DNA of 64,000 nucleotides from Limnochordia bacterium (GCA_050951545.1 JBMNJG010000012.1:32001-96000), one strand, 5' to 3'; positions 31,649-41,812 are shown, numbered from the stretch's first letter. Notes: generated by a model not told the origin, from the letters alone. A program made the numbers and translations.

Positions 31649-32770
31649 GTGGGCATGATGGCCCGTTTTGTAACGAAGGACGAGATTGGTAAGCTGCAGA
31701 GATTCCTTGAGCGCTCCTACGGACACGGTAGAGGGTTCTTTCTTCGCTACCATCCCGAGCTGCAGGAGATCGCTCCTACCAGCTCACTCGTCATTGATGC
31801 TAATGGCAGTATTGCCGCACACGTGGGGGTTTATCCGCTGAAACTCAAGGTTGGTTCGTCTACACTCACCTGTGGGGGTATAGGCGGGGTCGCCGCTGCG
31901 ATTGACCATCGAGGCCAGGGCCTCATGTCCCATCTGATGCATGAGGCCATCCGCCACATGCGAGAGCAGGGCTGGTCCATGTCTGTGCTGTGGGGCGATC
32001 GCCAACGCTATCAGCACTTTGGGTATCAGACGTGTGGGATCAAGTTCAATCTACGCATCAACCGCCGCTCCCTGCAAAGGGCGCGCATTGAGCCGTCTAC
32101 GACTGTTGAGGAGGTCGACAAGACCTCTTCGGACGTGCTCAGGAAGCTAGAGGAGCTTTCTGCTGAGATCGACTTTGGTGTCGAGCGTGAACAACTTGAG
32201 TTGCTCTTGTCACGGCCCTCGGCACGTGTCTTCATTGGCGATGAAGGCTATCTCATATCCATGCGGGAGCGTTCCGGTGACCTCGAGGTTACGGAAGTGA
32301 TCTCTCCCTCAGGCTCTGAAGCTGAACTCATCTATGGAGCCTTAGTATGGAGCTTTGGCGACGAAGCTAACGTGGAACTGGCAGGGGCGCAAACAGAGCG
32401 GGCCGCCCGACTCAGTCGCGTCTGCAATTACTGGCGGGCGAGCCCCCAAGGCATGTTCCACATCATTAGCTGGCCACAGCTACTGGAGGAGTTAGCGCCG
32501 TTTCTCGGTGTACAGGTTGCAGGGGTTCCCGCATTTCGCATGAGTATCGGCTGTCGCTGGCAGGAGACTGTAGATCAGGCCACCATCGACTGGGACGGGG
32601 CTCGCTTATCGGTGAGCTCGGGCAGGCACGCCAGTGAGTATGTGGAACTGGAGAACCCTCACCTGACTGGTTTGCTGCTGGGAGGTCCGTTCTGCGGTGC
32701 TGAAAAGCTAGGCATGTTCGGTCGGTTACTGCCAGTACCGATCCATATCCCAATCATGGACCATGTATAG
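31649..32770 (+). CDS. GNAT acetyltransferase, Eis-like multi-domain
   Basis: GIGGVAAAIDHRGQGLM, SVLWG..RYQHFGY. Confidence 0.8.
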   Translation: MGMMARFVTKDEIGKLQRFLERSYGHGRGFFLRYHPELQEIAPTSSLVIDANGSIAAHVGVYPLKLKVGSSTLTCGGIGGVAAAIDHRGQGLMSHLMHEAIRHMREQGWSMSVLWGDRQRYQHFGYQTCGIKFNLRINRRSLQRARIEPSTTVEEVDKTSSDVLRKLEELSAEIDFGVEREQLELLLSRPSARVFIGDEGYLISMRERSGDLEVTEVISPSGSEAELIYGALVWSFGDEANVELAGAQTERAARLSRVCNYWRASPQGMFHIISWPQLLEELAPFLGVQVAGVPAFRMSIGCRWQETVDQATIDWDGARLSVSSGRHASEYVELENPHLTGLLLGGPFCGAEKLGMFGRLLPVPIHIPIMDHV

Positions 32771-32785
32771 GAGGAGGACACACCC

Positions 32786-33580
32786 GTGAGGAAGCTGAAT
32801 GTGCATGAGCACCTATGGGATATCGAAGACAATACGGTGGAGCTACTTCTACGTAAGATGGATGAGCATGAAGTGGAAATCACCTGTGTCACAATAGGTA
32901 GTCGACATCTGTGGCAAGATTACGACTGCAACGACTTCGTTGAAGCGGCTTTCAAGGAGCATTCCGATCGTCTGAGGGGTTTTGGATGGGTGAATCTGGG
33001 GGTGGATACAGCCAGGAAGGTGCGCGAACTCAAGGACCGCGGATTCGCAGGCCTTAAGTTCATCTATCCGCGAGTAGCATATAACGATGAGCGGCTCTTC
33101 GATGTATATACGGAAGCAGAAAGACTCAAAATGCCCTGCGTGTTTCATCTTGGCCCCGTACTCGCCAAGGGGAAAAAGCCGCGGTTCCAGATAGACTCGG
33201 ATCGTATGCGGGCGGGCACACTGGATCTCATCGCTCGAGAGTGTCCAGAACTCAGAATAGTGGGTGCACACCTTGGATGGGCTGATCACAACGAGGCATG
33301 GGCGTTCGCCCGCCAGCATCCCCACCTGTACCTGGACACCTCAGGCAATGGCTATCTGAGGAGGCAGCCTCGGGAGTTCTTCGCTTACAGCATCTTGGGT
33401 TGGGAGCGGACACTGCCCAAACTCGTCTTCGGCACAGACCAGTACTATCGCGGCTGGGATGATGAGATCGCTACTACCGAACGCCTGTTGGACGAGGTCT
33501 GGCAAGTTGATGCTCAGACTAAGGCCAGGATCTACTATGACAATCTGGCCGATATCTTGAGCTGGGCTGGTGTACTCTAG
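32786..33580 (+). CDS. Amidohydrolase_2 family metal-dependent hydrolase
   Basis: NVHEH, FHLG, AHLGW, YLDTSG, VFGTD. Confidence 0.85.
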   Translation: MRKLNVHEHLWDIEDNTVELLLRKMDEHEVEITCVTIGSRHLWQDYDCNDFVEAAFKEHSDRLRGFGWVNLGVDTARKVRELKDRGFAGLKFIYPRVAYNDERLFDVYTEAERLKMPCVFHLGPVLAKGKKPRFQIDSDRMRAGTLDLIARECPELRIVGAHLGWADHNEAWAFARQHPHLYLDTSGNGYLRRQPREFFAYSILGWERTLPKLVFGTDQYYRGWDDEIATTERLLDEVWQVDAQTKARIYYDNLADILSWAGVL

Positions 33581-33632
33581 GTAGAATCAGTGTGGAACGC
33601 GCGAGACGTCTCTAGGGGGATGAGTTAGCCTC

Positions 33633-34946
33633 ATGGATAGCTGGTTAGGCGAGCTGGTTCTGGTGACGGTGTTGGTTGGGCTCAACGCCGTTTTCGCTGC
33701 CTCGGAGATCGCACTGCTGTCGGTGCGCCGGAGCCGCATCAGAACCCTCGCAGAAGGGGGTTCCAGTGCCGCTGAGGCAGTGTTACGGGTAACGGGACAG
33801 ACCGAAAAACTGCTGGCCACTATCCAGATAGGCATCACTTTTGCAGGCTTCTTGGCTAGTGCTACGGCGGCCGTGGCGCTTGCGAGCATTGTTGCAGCTG
33901 GTCTGACTCGTCTGCCGGTACGCGGGATTGGCGCGTCGAGTCAGGCGATCGCTGTCTTTTTGGTCACGCTCGCTATTTCCTACGTGACTTTGGTGATCGG
34001 TGAGCTAGTGCCTAAGCGGGTGGCCCTGCAGCACGCGGAGTGGATCTCTTTGCGTGTAGCACGCCCACTGGAAATGCTTGCCGTGCTGGCCTCACCCTTT
34101 GTATGGCTTCTGACAAGGTCGACCCATGCCGTGTTATGGGTCCTGGGAATACGGGGTGAGCTAGAGCGTGAGAGGATCTCAGAAGATGAGATCCTCCAGA
34201 TGATCGCTGGGCATGAGGAGATTCCGCCTGAGGAGAAACTGTGGGTGCGCAATGTGTTCGAGTTTGGGGATGCATGTGCTCAAGAGGTGATGACCCACCG
34301 CAGCGATACTGTTGCCCTGGCCAAAGGCCTCGATGTAAAGGAGGCCGCACAATCGCTGTACCGTGCGGGCTTGAGCCGGGCCCCGGTCTATGACTCTTCA
34401 TTGGATGATATCGTCGGGCAAGTGTCTCTGAGTGCCATTGTCGGGCACTGGCTGGAGGCGGATGGAAGGGGCACTGTGAGCGAGATCATGGAGCCCGTGC
34501 GCGTGGTGCCTGAACTCAAGCCTCTCGGCGATCTGCTGCAGGAGATGCGCGAGGCAAGCGATTACCTCGTGGTTGTGGCCGATGAGTATGGCACGCTAGT
34601 AGGAGTCGTGTCGCTAAACGACTTACTCCGGAAGCTGCTGGCGGATCCGCATTCGCTGGACGATCTTACTCTTGCCGCAGGTTCCACCGAGTATCTCGTG
34701 CCCGGAAGCACCCCCGTGCGTGCGCTCAATCAGGCACTCGGCATGACGATTCCCGAAAGTGAGGACTACGTGACCCTCGCTGGTTTCCTCTTGGAGCGGT
34801 TGGGGCACATACCTTCGGTAGGGGAAAGAGTACAGCATGACGATGTTGCGCTCATGGTGGAACGAGTGCGACACCATCGAGTGGAGCAGATCCGCATAGG
34901 TCGTAAGCCTGCCGTGCATCAGTTGAGCAAGCCCAGGCCTGAATAG
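33633..34946 (+). CDS. CNNM/hemolysin-family protein (DUF21-CBS-CorC)
   Basis: NAVFAASEIA, LATIQIGIT, GELVPK, CBS pair, TLAGFLL. Confidence 0.9.
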   Translation: MDSWLGELVLVTVLVGLNAVFAASEIALLSVRRSRIRTLAEGGSSAAEAVLRVTGQTEKLLATIQIGITFAGFLASATAAVALASIVAAGLTRLPVRGIGASSQAIAVFLVTLAISYVTLVIGELVPKRVALQHAEWISLRVARPLEMLAVLASPFVWLLTRSTHAVLWVLGIRGELERERISEDEILQMIAGHEEIPPEEKLWVRNVFEFGDACAQEVMTHRSDTVALAKGLDVKEAAQSLYRAGLSRAPVYDSSLDDIVGQVSLSAIVGHWLEADGRGTVSEIMEPVRVVPELKPLGDLLQEMREASDYLVVVADEYGTLVGVVSLNDLLRKLLADPHSLDDLTLAAGSTEYLVPGSTPVRALNQALGMTIPESEDYVTLAGFLLERLGHIPSVGERVQHDDVALMVERVRHHRVEQIRIGRKPAVHQLSKPRPE

Positions 34947-34969
34947 CGGATCTGCTCATAGATTAGCGG

Positions 34970-35896
34970 TCAATTCGTGGGGGCTGTGGAGGCCACTAAG
35001 CGTTCGGCATTCTCTCTGCCGATCTTGCGCCATACGTCAGCTGGCAGATCCAGGCTATCCAGGAACTCCCTTAAGTCGTTGCCGAAGTAGTCGCGAGCGA
35101 AGACAAATCGGTCTGGGTGTCGCATGAGGAACTCCCGGGCTATTCCAGGATCAGCCTTTAGCGCCCTCAGAGCACTCCCTGCTGACAGGTCTCCATAGAT
35201 GTTTGGGTGCTTGTCGAACAAGGCAGGGAGTCGACCGCCAGGTTTCAGGGGAGGCTTGAGATAGCTCTCCGGATATGTATCTGCGTCACCTGTAAGCTCT
35301 CGCCAGAAGCCGGGAGCGTGTCCCAGGAAATTGGTGTTCGGGCACATGGTGAGTGCTCGCTCGAGATTAACGATCGTACCTCCTTTCCAGGAGTAATGGC
35401 CGACGAAACGGCCTCCTTCTGGAGGTAGATATGGTACGTCCATATGCACAATCACAGGCAGACCCCGCGAGCCTGCATAGCGGAAGATCTCAATACAGCG
35501 AGGGTCATCGAGTCCGATCGCGAACTTCCACTCCCCGCATACCCGCACTCCGAGGATGTCAATAGCCGCCTTGAGCTTAGGCACCGCCTTCGGGTCAAGC
35601 GGGTGAGGGCAGTAACCAGGGATAAAGCGGTCCGGATAGCGCCGATACGTCTCGTATGTCGTATGCAGTGGCATGGCCACCGCAGCACTTCCTCGCCAAT
35701 GCCAGCGTGGATCCACCACTGAGGCATAACTGCCGCCAGATTCCTCTGCTGACTCTTCCCAACCTAGGAGCCATGCCTTTTCGATTCCATGTGCGTCCAT
35801 ATCTGCCAGAAGTCCTCTGTCATCTCGGCCATGCCAGAAGACATGCTGGTGCCCGTCAATGAGTCCGAATTCAGTCACTGCTATTACCTCCTTCAC
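34970..35896 (-). CDS. Amidohydrolase family protein
   Basis: DGHQH, GEWK, GHAPGFW, YGDLSAGS. Confidence 0.82.
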   Translation of the reverse strand: MKEVIAVTEFGLIDGHQHVFWHGRDDRGLLADMDAHGIEKAWLLGWEESAEESGGSYASVVDPRWHWRGSAAVAMPLHTTYETYRRYPDRFIPGYCPHPLDPKAVPKLKAAIDILGVRVCGEWKFAIGLDDPRCIEIFRYAGSRGLPVIVHMDVPYLPPEGGRFVGHYSWKGGTIVNLERALTMCPNTNFLGHAPGFWRELTGDADTYPESYLKPPLKPGGRLPALFDKHPNIYGDLSAGSALRALKADPGIAREFLMRHPDRFVFARDYFGNDLREFLDSLDLPADVWRKIGRENAERLVASTAPTN

Positions 35897-35905
35897 GTTA
35901 TTTCG

Positions 35906-36802
35906 TCACTCTAAGCCGAGCAGTCTGATAGCGTTCTCTCTCGCTATCTTCATGAAGGCTTGCTCGGTGATCTTTTTCGTATCTCGCCATTCGACGAGAA
36001 GGTCAACAATGGGGAAGCTGGAGTTTGGCGTAATGATGTCAGTTCCAAAAAGCAGCCGATCTTGAAACTCCATGAGGAATCTTGGCCCGTAGTCGGGGTC
36101 TCTAGTTAACGCGTGCCAAGGGCTCGGATCTGACAGATCCCCATAGAGATTTGGATACCTGCGTAGCAGTTTGGGCGTCACGCCCTCTTCCTTGATAGGC
36201 CCGCTGGGATGCCGGCCGACTTGCCCGCCATCAGGGCGAAAGATGAAGCGGCCTTCAGCAGGGGTGTCCAGTCGGCCAATCTCTGCCCAGAATAAGGGAC
36301 CATGCCCCAGCAGAACAAGGTTGGGGAAGCGCTGAAGGGTGTGCTCGAGTTGAGGAAGGCCGGGGTCATCCTGCAGCCCAAAGTCGCCTGTCAGCTGATC
36401 CGAGCCGTCGAAGATCACGGGCAATCCTACGTCTTGTGCGTGCCTGAAGAGATTCTGCACCAAGGGGTGCATCATCGGTAGGTTGGGCATTACTTCTCCC
36501 ACACCTTTGCAGCCCAGGTCTTTGTAGTGACGTAGAAGGCGATCCAGAGGTGCGTCCGCCGAGTTCGTCAGAGCACGTGGATCGATATTGCAGAAAGGAA
36601 TGAACCGGTCGGGGTGGTTTGCTGCCATCTCCAGAATGTCCTCATTACTTTGCGGAATGTAGATCTCAGGACTGACGATGGGCAGCAAGGCGCCTTTTTC
36701 AATGCCCACTTCGTCGTAGCGCCTAAGAACCTCGTCGGCATTACAGAATGGGATGAAGGGAGGTCGCTTTCGATACGCGTGTGCATGAATGTCGATGAAC
36801 AT
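35906..36802 (-). CDS. Amidohydrolase family protein (paralogue of the adjacent gene)
   Basis: DIHAH, GVGE, GHGPLFW, YGDLS, LFGTD. Confidence 0.85.
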   Translation of the reverse strand: MFIDIHAHAYRKRPPFIPFCNADEVLRRYDEVGIEKGALLPIVSPEIYIPQSNEDILEMAANHPDRFIPFCNIDPRALTNSADAPLDRLLRHYKDLGCKGVGEVMPNLPMMHPLVQNLFRHAQDVGLPVIFDGSDQLTGDFGLQDDPGLPQLEHTLQRFPNLVLLGHGPLFWAEIGRLDTPAEGRFIFRPDGGQVGRHPSGPIKEEGVTPKLLRRYPNLYGDLSDPSPWHALTRDPDYGPRFLMEFQDRLLFGTDIITPNSSFPIVDLLVEWRDTKKITEQAFMKIARENAIRLLGLE

Positions 36803-37200
36803 GCCAGACTCCTCCTTGGCAGATAGTAGAAGGTAGCTGCCTCCAGCGAACCCGAACTATGCCTACGGGTCATCGCTTCGTCTTTCTCGCAGAACTCCCT
36901 GCGCACAGTTACCTGTTGACGCCGCGGCATTATCCAACATGAGGATGCAAGTTGAGGAAGGAACTGCCCCTTGCCTGTGAGAATAACCTAAGATAGTGTT
37001 CCTGTTGCTCCTTACTCCATGCGAGGCCGCTTTTCGCGTGGTTTGCGTCTGCAGCCAACCTCAAGTGGGTACCACTGCGCCGCTCGTGGTGCACCATCCC
37101 ACGGGGTGGCAGCCAACGACATGCCCGCACAGCATCACATCATTATTCTGGGGAGGAAAACACAACGCAGGGAGGACGGTCTGCCTATTGCCACATCCTC

Positions 37201-38751
37201 GTGGTAGTCATCTTGGCCGCGTGCGTTTGCGGCATCGCCATGGGCCTCACCGCGTGTGGCGCGGAGGCATCCCATGCCTTTGTTGAGGTGGCCGAGCTCA
37301 CAGATCTCAGGGCGATGACCGATGTGGCAGTAGGGCGTTTGGCAGCAGGAAGCAATCAACGGCGCATGGCGATTGTGCAAGATGGCCGTGTGCTGCTCTG
37401 CTCGTTATCGGGAAATGAGGTCAGCGTCGATGCCGAGATAGAGGGCTTTAGGAATCCTGCTGTTAGTGTGGCCTTCGCTGATTTCAACGGCGACGGGCAG
37501 GAGGATCTCTGGATCGGTTCGGCGGGGCCAGGTACCGTCTACGTGTACAGTCTTGCAGAGGGTTATCCGTTTCTGGCTCAGACGGACCGGTACATGTGGT
37601 CGCCTGTCGTGAAGCTACTCACGCCCGACCTGGATGGCGATGGTCTTCCGGACGTGGTGGCGCTCAGCGAAGCCGGTGCCGCGTTTGCTTTTGTGAATCG
37701 CGATGAGGGCCTTTCGCAGGTATGGCGTTCAGGAAGCCGCGAAGGTCCCGTTCGCCATGTATTGGCTTGCGATCTGTGCGGTGATGGCAAAGACTCAGTG
37801 ATCGTGGCCCGAGATCAAGGCTACATATCCGTATGGCGTTGGACGGCAGGGACTGCGGAGGGCACGGCGATGGCACCCGTGAACCCGTTGGAGCACGACA
37901 GTGGCCTCGTGGACATTTCGCATCTTTCGGCGGCGTGGCGTGGTGAATCTGCTGCGGTGTCTCAGAAGGAAGCTAGAACACACGGTCAGCTCGAGAGCCT
38001 GTGGGAGGAGTATCCCTGGGGACAGATCCATTATGTAGACGTACTTGATGTCGACAGAGATGGCGCCAAGGAGCTTGTTGTGGTCACTTCGCAGAATCTG
38101 TTGTACGCCTATGGCTGTAGCCCAGATGGAGTCATAGCGCTGAAGACGTCTACGGGAGTGCCTCAGATAGCCGAGGGGTTGCGTGCTGCACTCCAAACAC
38201 TTCAGCCAACAGAAGGGGGCTTGCTTCTTGGTGTTCAGGGCAAAGGCCTCGCACTCTGGCAACAGCGCACGGCGGATACTGGTTGGGTTTTCGACGTGGT
38301 GTGGCAAAGTGAGTTCGACTTGGAGTTCACCCAAGTTGTCCAGGCAGGCAAGCATCTCATTTTCCGATGCAAGGATGCCATACGCATACTTGAGCGTGTC
38401 CCGGCCAGTTACGTGCGGATGGTCGTCCGTGGCAGACCCTACCTGGGCCTGCAAGTGGCTCCGATCTTCGTAAGAGGCGATATCCTGCTGGCGGCAAAAG
38501 ACTGGGCAGATCTGTTTGGGCTCTCGCTTACGTGGAACCAAAGCCAGAGGCGGATGACCATTCTCTGGGGGATGCAGTACCTTGTGGCGACCGTGGGTAG
38601 CCGCGAGGTCGTTGTCAATGGCCGCCAGGTAACACTTAGGCAAGAGCCGAGGAACCGTGACGGACTGGTTTTTTTGCCCACCGAATTGATCCGGTTGCTC
38701 ACCTCTGAGGTTTCCTGGAAGCCCCATACACGTCTCTTAACCATCCGCTAG
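37201..38751 (+). CDS. Exported FG-GAP/VCBS-repeat protein with C-terminal copper-amine-oxidase N-terminal-like (stalk) domain
   Basis: DFNGDGQED, DLDGDGLPD, DLCGDGKD, DVDRDGAKE repeats; C-terminal VGSREVVVNG..P...DGLVFLP. Confidence 0.75.
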   Translation: MVVILAACVCGIAMGLTACGAEASHAFVEVAELTDLRAMTDVAVGRLAAGSNQRRMAIVQDGRVLLCSLSGNEVSVDAEIEGFRNPAVSVAFADFNGDGQEDLWIGSAGPGTVYVYSLAEGYPFLAQTDRYMWSPVVKLLTPDLDGDGLPDVVALSEAGAAFAFVNRDEGLSQVWRSGSREGPVRHVLACDLCGDGKDSVIVARDQGYISVWRWTAGTAEGTAMAPVNPLEHDSGLVDISHLSAAWRGESAAVSQKEARTHGQLESLWEEYPWGQIHYVDVLDVDRDGAKELVVVTSQNLLYAYGCSPDGVIALKTSTGVPQIAEGLRAALQTLQPTEGGLLLGVQGKGLALWQQRTADTGWVFDVVWQSEFDLEFTQVVQAGKHLIFRCKDAIRILERVPASYVRMVVRGRPYLGLQVAPIFVRGDILLAAKDWADLFGLSLTWNQSQRRMTILWGMQYLVATVGSREVVVNGRQVTLRQEPRNRDGLVFLPTELIRLLTSEVSWKPHTRLLTIR

Positions 38752-39005
38752 ATGATGCCCCAGTCTGGCAGCGGAGGCGTGGAAGGAACAAGTCGCGCAA
38801 ATGGCGAAGGGGCGGCACAAGTAGTGACGCCAAAAGGGCATTCTTATCATAGGACGGTCGGGCTTTGATGGGGGGTGACGCTTTGCGTCCTTCCATCCGA
38901 GTAGCATCTGCCATCAGGGCACGCTGCTCTTCCCACTATAGTCCCACTTGCACCAGAAGCGGGTTATGTGTTTAGCATGCGGCGTAGAGCGGAAGGAGAA
39001 TCCAT

Positions 39006-41084
39006 GTGAGAAAATATGAGTCTAGTATGTTGCGCAATGTGGCACTGGTCAGTCACGGCGGTGCTGGCAAGACCACCCTCGCAGAAGCCATGTTGCATGT
39101 CAGTGGCGCCATCAATCGCCGGGGTACGGTGGAGGAGGGCACCACCGCTAGCGACCATGATCCCGAAGAGATCAAGAGAGGTATTAGCATCAATGCATCC
39201 ATCGTTCCATGCGAGTGGCAGGACAACAAGATCAATGTGTTGGATACTCCTGGGTATTTCGACTTCGTTGGTGAGGTCCTCGCTCCGTTGCATGTGGTTG
39301 AGGGGGCGGTCGTAGTTGTCTGCGCGGCCTCGGGCTGCGAAGTCGGTACCGAAAAGGTCTGGGCCTACTGCAACAAGTATGGGAGGCCTCGTGTCATCTT
39401 CGTGAACAAGATGGATCGTGAGAACGCTAACTTCGCTGAGGTGCTAAGCCAACTGCAAGAGCACTTCGGACAAGAGGTCACGCCAATATCCTTGCCGATT
39501 GGTAGCGCGGAGCAGTTCTCTGGTTATGTCGATCTGGTACGCATGAAAGCTTATGTCGCCCAGGATGACGAGAAACTGACAGAGACGGATATTCCTGCGG
39601 ACATCATGGCCGAGGCTGAAGCTGCTCGGGCAGTAATGGTCGAGGCAGTTGCCGCAACCGACGATGAGCTGACAATGAAGTTTCTGGAAGATGAGCCCCT
39701 TACTGATGAGGAAATCAGCGCCGGACTCAGTGCGGGTGCGAAATCTGGAGAGATCATACCTTTGCTGTGCGGTTCAGCGGCTAGGGAGATCGGGGTAGCG
39801 CACCTGCTCGAGGTGATCAACAGCTGCCTTCCTTCACCACTAGAGGGTAAGGCTCCAGAGGCCATCCAGATTAAGGATGATTCCGAGACAGTGTTAAGCC
39901 TTGATCCGTCTGCGCCTCCGGCACTCCAGGTCTTCAAGACCATGGCTGACCCATATGTAGGTAGGATGAGCATTTTCCGCGTATTCTCAGGGGTCATAGA
40001 GTCCGATACGGTACTGCATAATGCCAACCAGCGCCGGGATGAGCGCCTTGGTCAGGTCTTTGTTCTTCGCGGGAAAGAGCATTTGCCCGTGGACGAGGTG
40101 TGTGCAGGAGACATTGCAGGCGTGGCCAAGCTACAAGCCACCACAACAGGTGACACTCTGTGCTCACGGGATCAGGCAGTTCGCTTGAGTTTTGTCGATT
40201 TCCCGAAGCCCAAGATCTCCATGGCTGCAGAACCCCAGGCGAGGGGTGATGAAGAGAAGATTGGCTCAGGCTTCACTCGGCTTTCCGAAGAAGACCCAAC
40301 CTTCACTGTGGGAAAAAGCCCAGTCTCCGCTGAGCTGTTGATCTCCGGCCTGGGTGATCTGCATCTGGAAGTCATGATCTCCCGTTTGGCTCGGAAGTTT
40401 GCTGTCTCAGCGGTGACGAAAGACCCACGTGTTCCCTACAAAGAGACCATACGTTCGACGGTGAAGGCCGAATATCGGCATAGGAAGCAGAGCGGGGGGC
40501 GCGGTCAGTACGGGCACGTTATCATTGAGCTCGAGCCCCTGCCTGCTGGTGGCGGGTTTGAGTTCGTGGACAAGATCTTCGGCGGAGCGGTGCCCAGGCA
40601 GTACATCCCCGCTGTCGAGAAGGGCATTCGGGAGACGATGGTCGAAGGGGTGCTAGCTGGTTACGAAGTCGTAGATTTTCGGGTTACTTTGTTGGATGGA
40701 TCCTATCACGATGTGGACTCATCCGAAATGGCTTTCAAGATCGCGTCATCCATGGCGTTCAAGAAGGCCTTCATGGATGCCAGACCCGTTCTGCTGGAGC
40801 CAATATATAATATCAGTGTCGAGGTCCCGGATGATTACATGGGAGACGTCATTGGCGACCTCAACAAGAAACGTGGGCGCATTCTGGGCATGGACCCAGA
40901 GAACGGACTACAGCATATCCGGGCCCAAGCTCCTTTGGCTGAGCTTTTCCGCTATGCCATCGATCTCCGTTCTATGACGCAAGGACGCGGCGACTTTACG
41001 ATGGAGTTTGATCACTACGAGGAAGTCCCAGCTTCCGTCAGTGAGGAAGTGATCGCAGCAGCCAAGAAGGAACAGGAGTCGTAG
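39006..41084 (+). CDS. Elongation factor G paralogue (EF-G2-like)
   Basis: SHGGAGKTT, RGISI, DTPGY, NKMD, KQSGGRGQYGH; stand-alone, outside the rpsL-rpsG-fusA-tuf operon. Confidence 0.92.
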   Translation: MRKYESSMLRNVALVSHGGAGKTTLAEAMLHVSGAINRRGTVEEGTTASDHDPEEIKRGISINASIVPCEWQDNKINVLDTPGYFDFVGEVLAPLHVVEGAVVVVCAASGCEVGTEKVWAYCNKYGRPRVIFVNKMDRENANFAEVLSQLQEHFGQEVTPISLPIGSAEQFSGYVDLVRMKAYVAQDDEKLTETDIPADIMAEAEAARAVMVEAVAATDDELTMKFLEDEPLTDEEISAGLSAGAKSGEIIPLLCGSAAREIGVAHLLEVINSCLPSPLEGKAPEAIQIKDDSETVLSLDPSAPPALQVFKTMADPYVGRMSIFRVFSGVIESDTVLHNANQRRDERLGQVFVLRGKEHLPVDEVCAGDIAGVAKLQATTTGDTLCSRDQAVRLSFVDFPKPKISMAAEPQARGDEEKIGSGFTRLSEEDPTFTVGKSPVSAELLISGLGDLHLEVMISRLARKFAVSAVTKDPRVPYKETIRSTVKAEYRHRKQSGGRGQYGHVIIELEPLPAGGGFEFVDKIFGGAVPRQYIPAVEKGIRETMVEGVLAGYEVVDFRVTLLDGSYHDVDSSEMAFKIASSMAFKKAFMDARPVLLEPIYNISVEVPDDYMGDVIGDLNKKRGRILGMDPENGLQHIRAQAPLAELFRYAIDLRSMTQGRGDFTMEFDHYEEVPASVSEEVIAAAKKEQES

Positions 41085-41151
41085 GCCAAACACAAAACAG
41101 GTTCGTGCTATTGCTGGCCTTTCATGCATAGGTTTGTTGCACAGGTAGACT

Positions 41152-41607
41152 GTGCGGGAAGGTTGGCCGTCCTCACAGGGGGTGGCGGCAATGGGGGGGG
41201 AGCAGCGGGGAGGAGGTCCATCGTCGAGACGATGGCTGCTCTCCGGACGGGCTCTGGTAGGTGGTGTTTTTCTAGGCGCCTTGGCGACGCTTGTTGCCGG
41301 GATCGTGGTCAGTCTTTTCCTTGCTCTGAGTGAGTGGGAAGGACCGTCTCACGCGATGATGCAGGCTATCAACTATGGGAGTGTTATCCTCGGAGGCGCA
41401 CTAGCTGGCAGAATGGCCGGACGCGTTGGTTGGATCCATGGTGCTTTGGTTGGTTTTTTCTACGTGGTATTGCTCTCGTTGCCGGCTGGACGTCGTGGGA
41501 TACTCGTGCTGGCAAGCTCAGAGTTTCTTCTGAGAGCCCTAGGTCTGTGTGCCGCTGCTATGGCGGGCGGAATGCTGGGAGTAAGCACGTCAAAGCATCC
41601 TGGGTGA
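41152..41607 (+). CDS. TIGR04086-like membrane protein
   Basis: About four TM helices with GG..AG....GWIHGALVG..Y and GGMLGV. Confidence 0.7.
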   Translation: MREGWPSSQGVAAMGGEQRGGGPSSRRWLLSGRALVGGVFLGALATLVAGIVVSLFLALSEWEGPSHAMMQAINYGSVILGGALAGRMAGRVGWIHGALVGFFYVVLLSLPAGRRGILVLASSEFLLRALGLCAAAMAGGMLGVSTSKHPG

Positions 41608-41620
41608 GGTCGTTTGGCGC

Positions 41621-41650
41621 TTGACGTCGTTGCTCACCGTGTGCTATACT
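41621..41650 (+). promoter_or_regulatory. Sigma-A promoter of tRNA-Trp
   Basis: TTGACG-18 nt-TATACT with extended TG. Confidence 0.65.
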
Positions 41651-41661
41651 AACCCTGTCAT

Positions 41662-41737
41662 AGGGGTATGGTGTCAACGGCTAGCACGGCGGTCTCCAAA
41701 ACCGTAAGTGAGGGTTCGAATCCTTCTACCCCTGCCA
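41662..41737 (+). tRNA. tRNA-Trp(CCA)
   Basis: Cloverleaf, GCGGT-CTCCAAA-ACCGT anticodon arm, GGTTCGAATCC, CCA end. Confidence 0.97.
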
Positions 41738-41740
41738 AAG

Positions 41741-41780
41741 AAAAGCGGTGGTCAGTGCACGTTAGTGCGCCACCGCTTTT
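41741..41780. terminator. Bidirectional terminator
   Basis: AAAAGCGGTGG...CCACCGCTTTT between convergent units. Confidence 0.8.
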
Positions 41781-41812
41781 GGTCATTCAGCCTCAAATGT
41801 CGATGGCAAGCG

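Noticed and set aside
22316-37000. Mobile genomic island inserted at tRNA-Pro
   Set aside because: Content looks accessory, but no integrase, transposase or att repeat was found by eye
37795-38727. 310-aa minus-strand ORF
   Set aside because: Shadow of the FG-GAP gene
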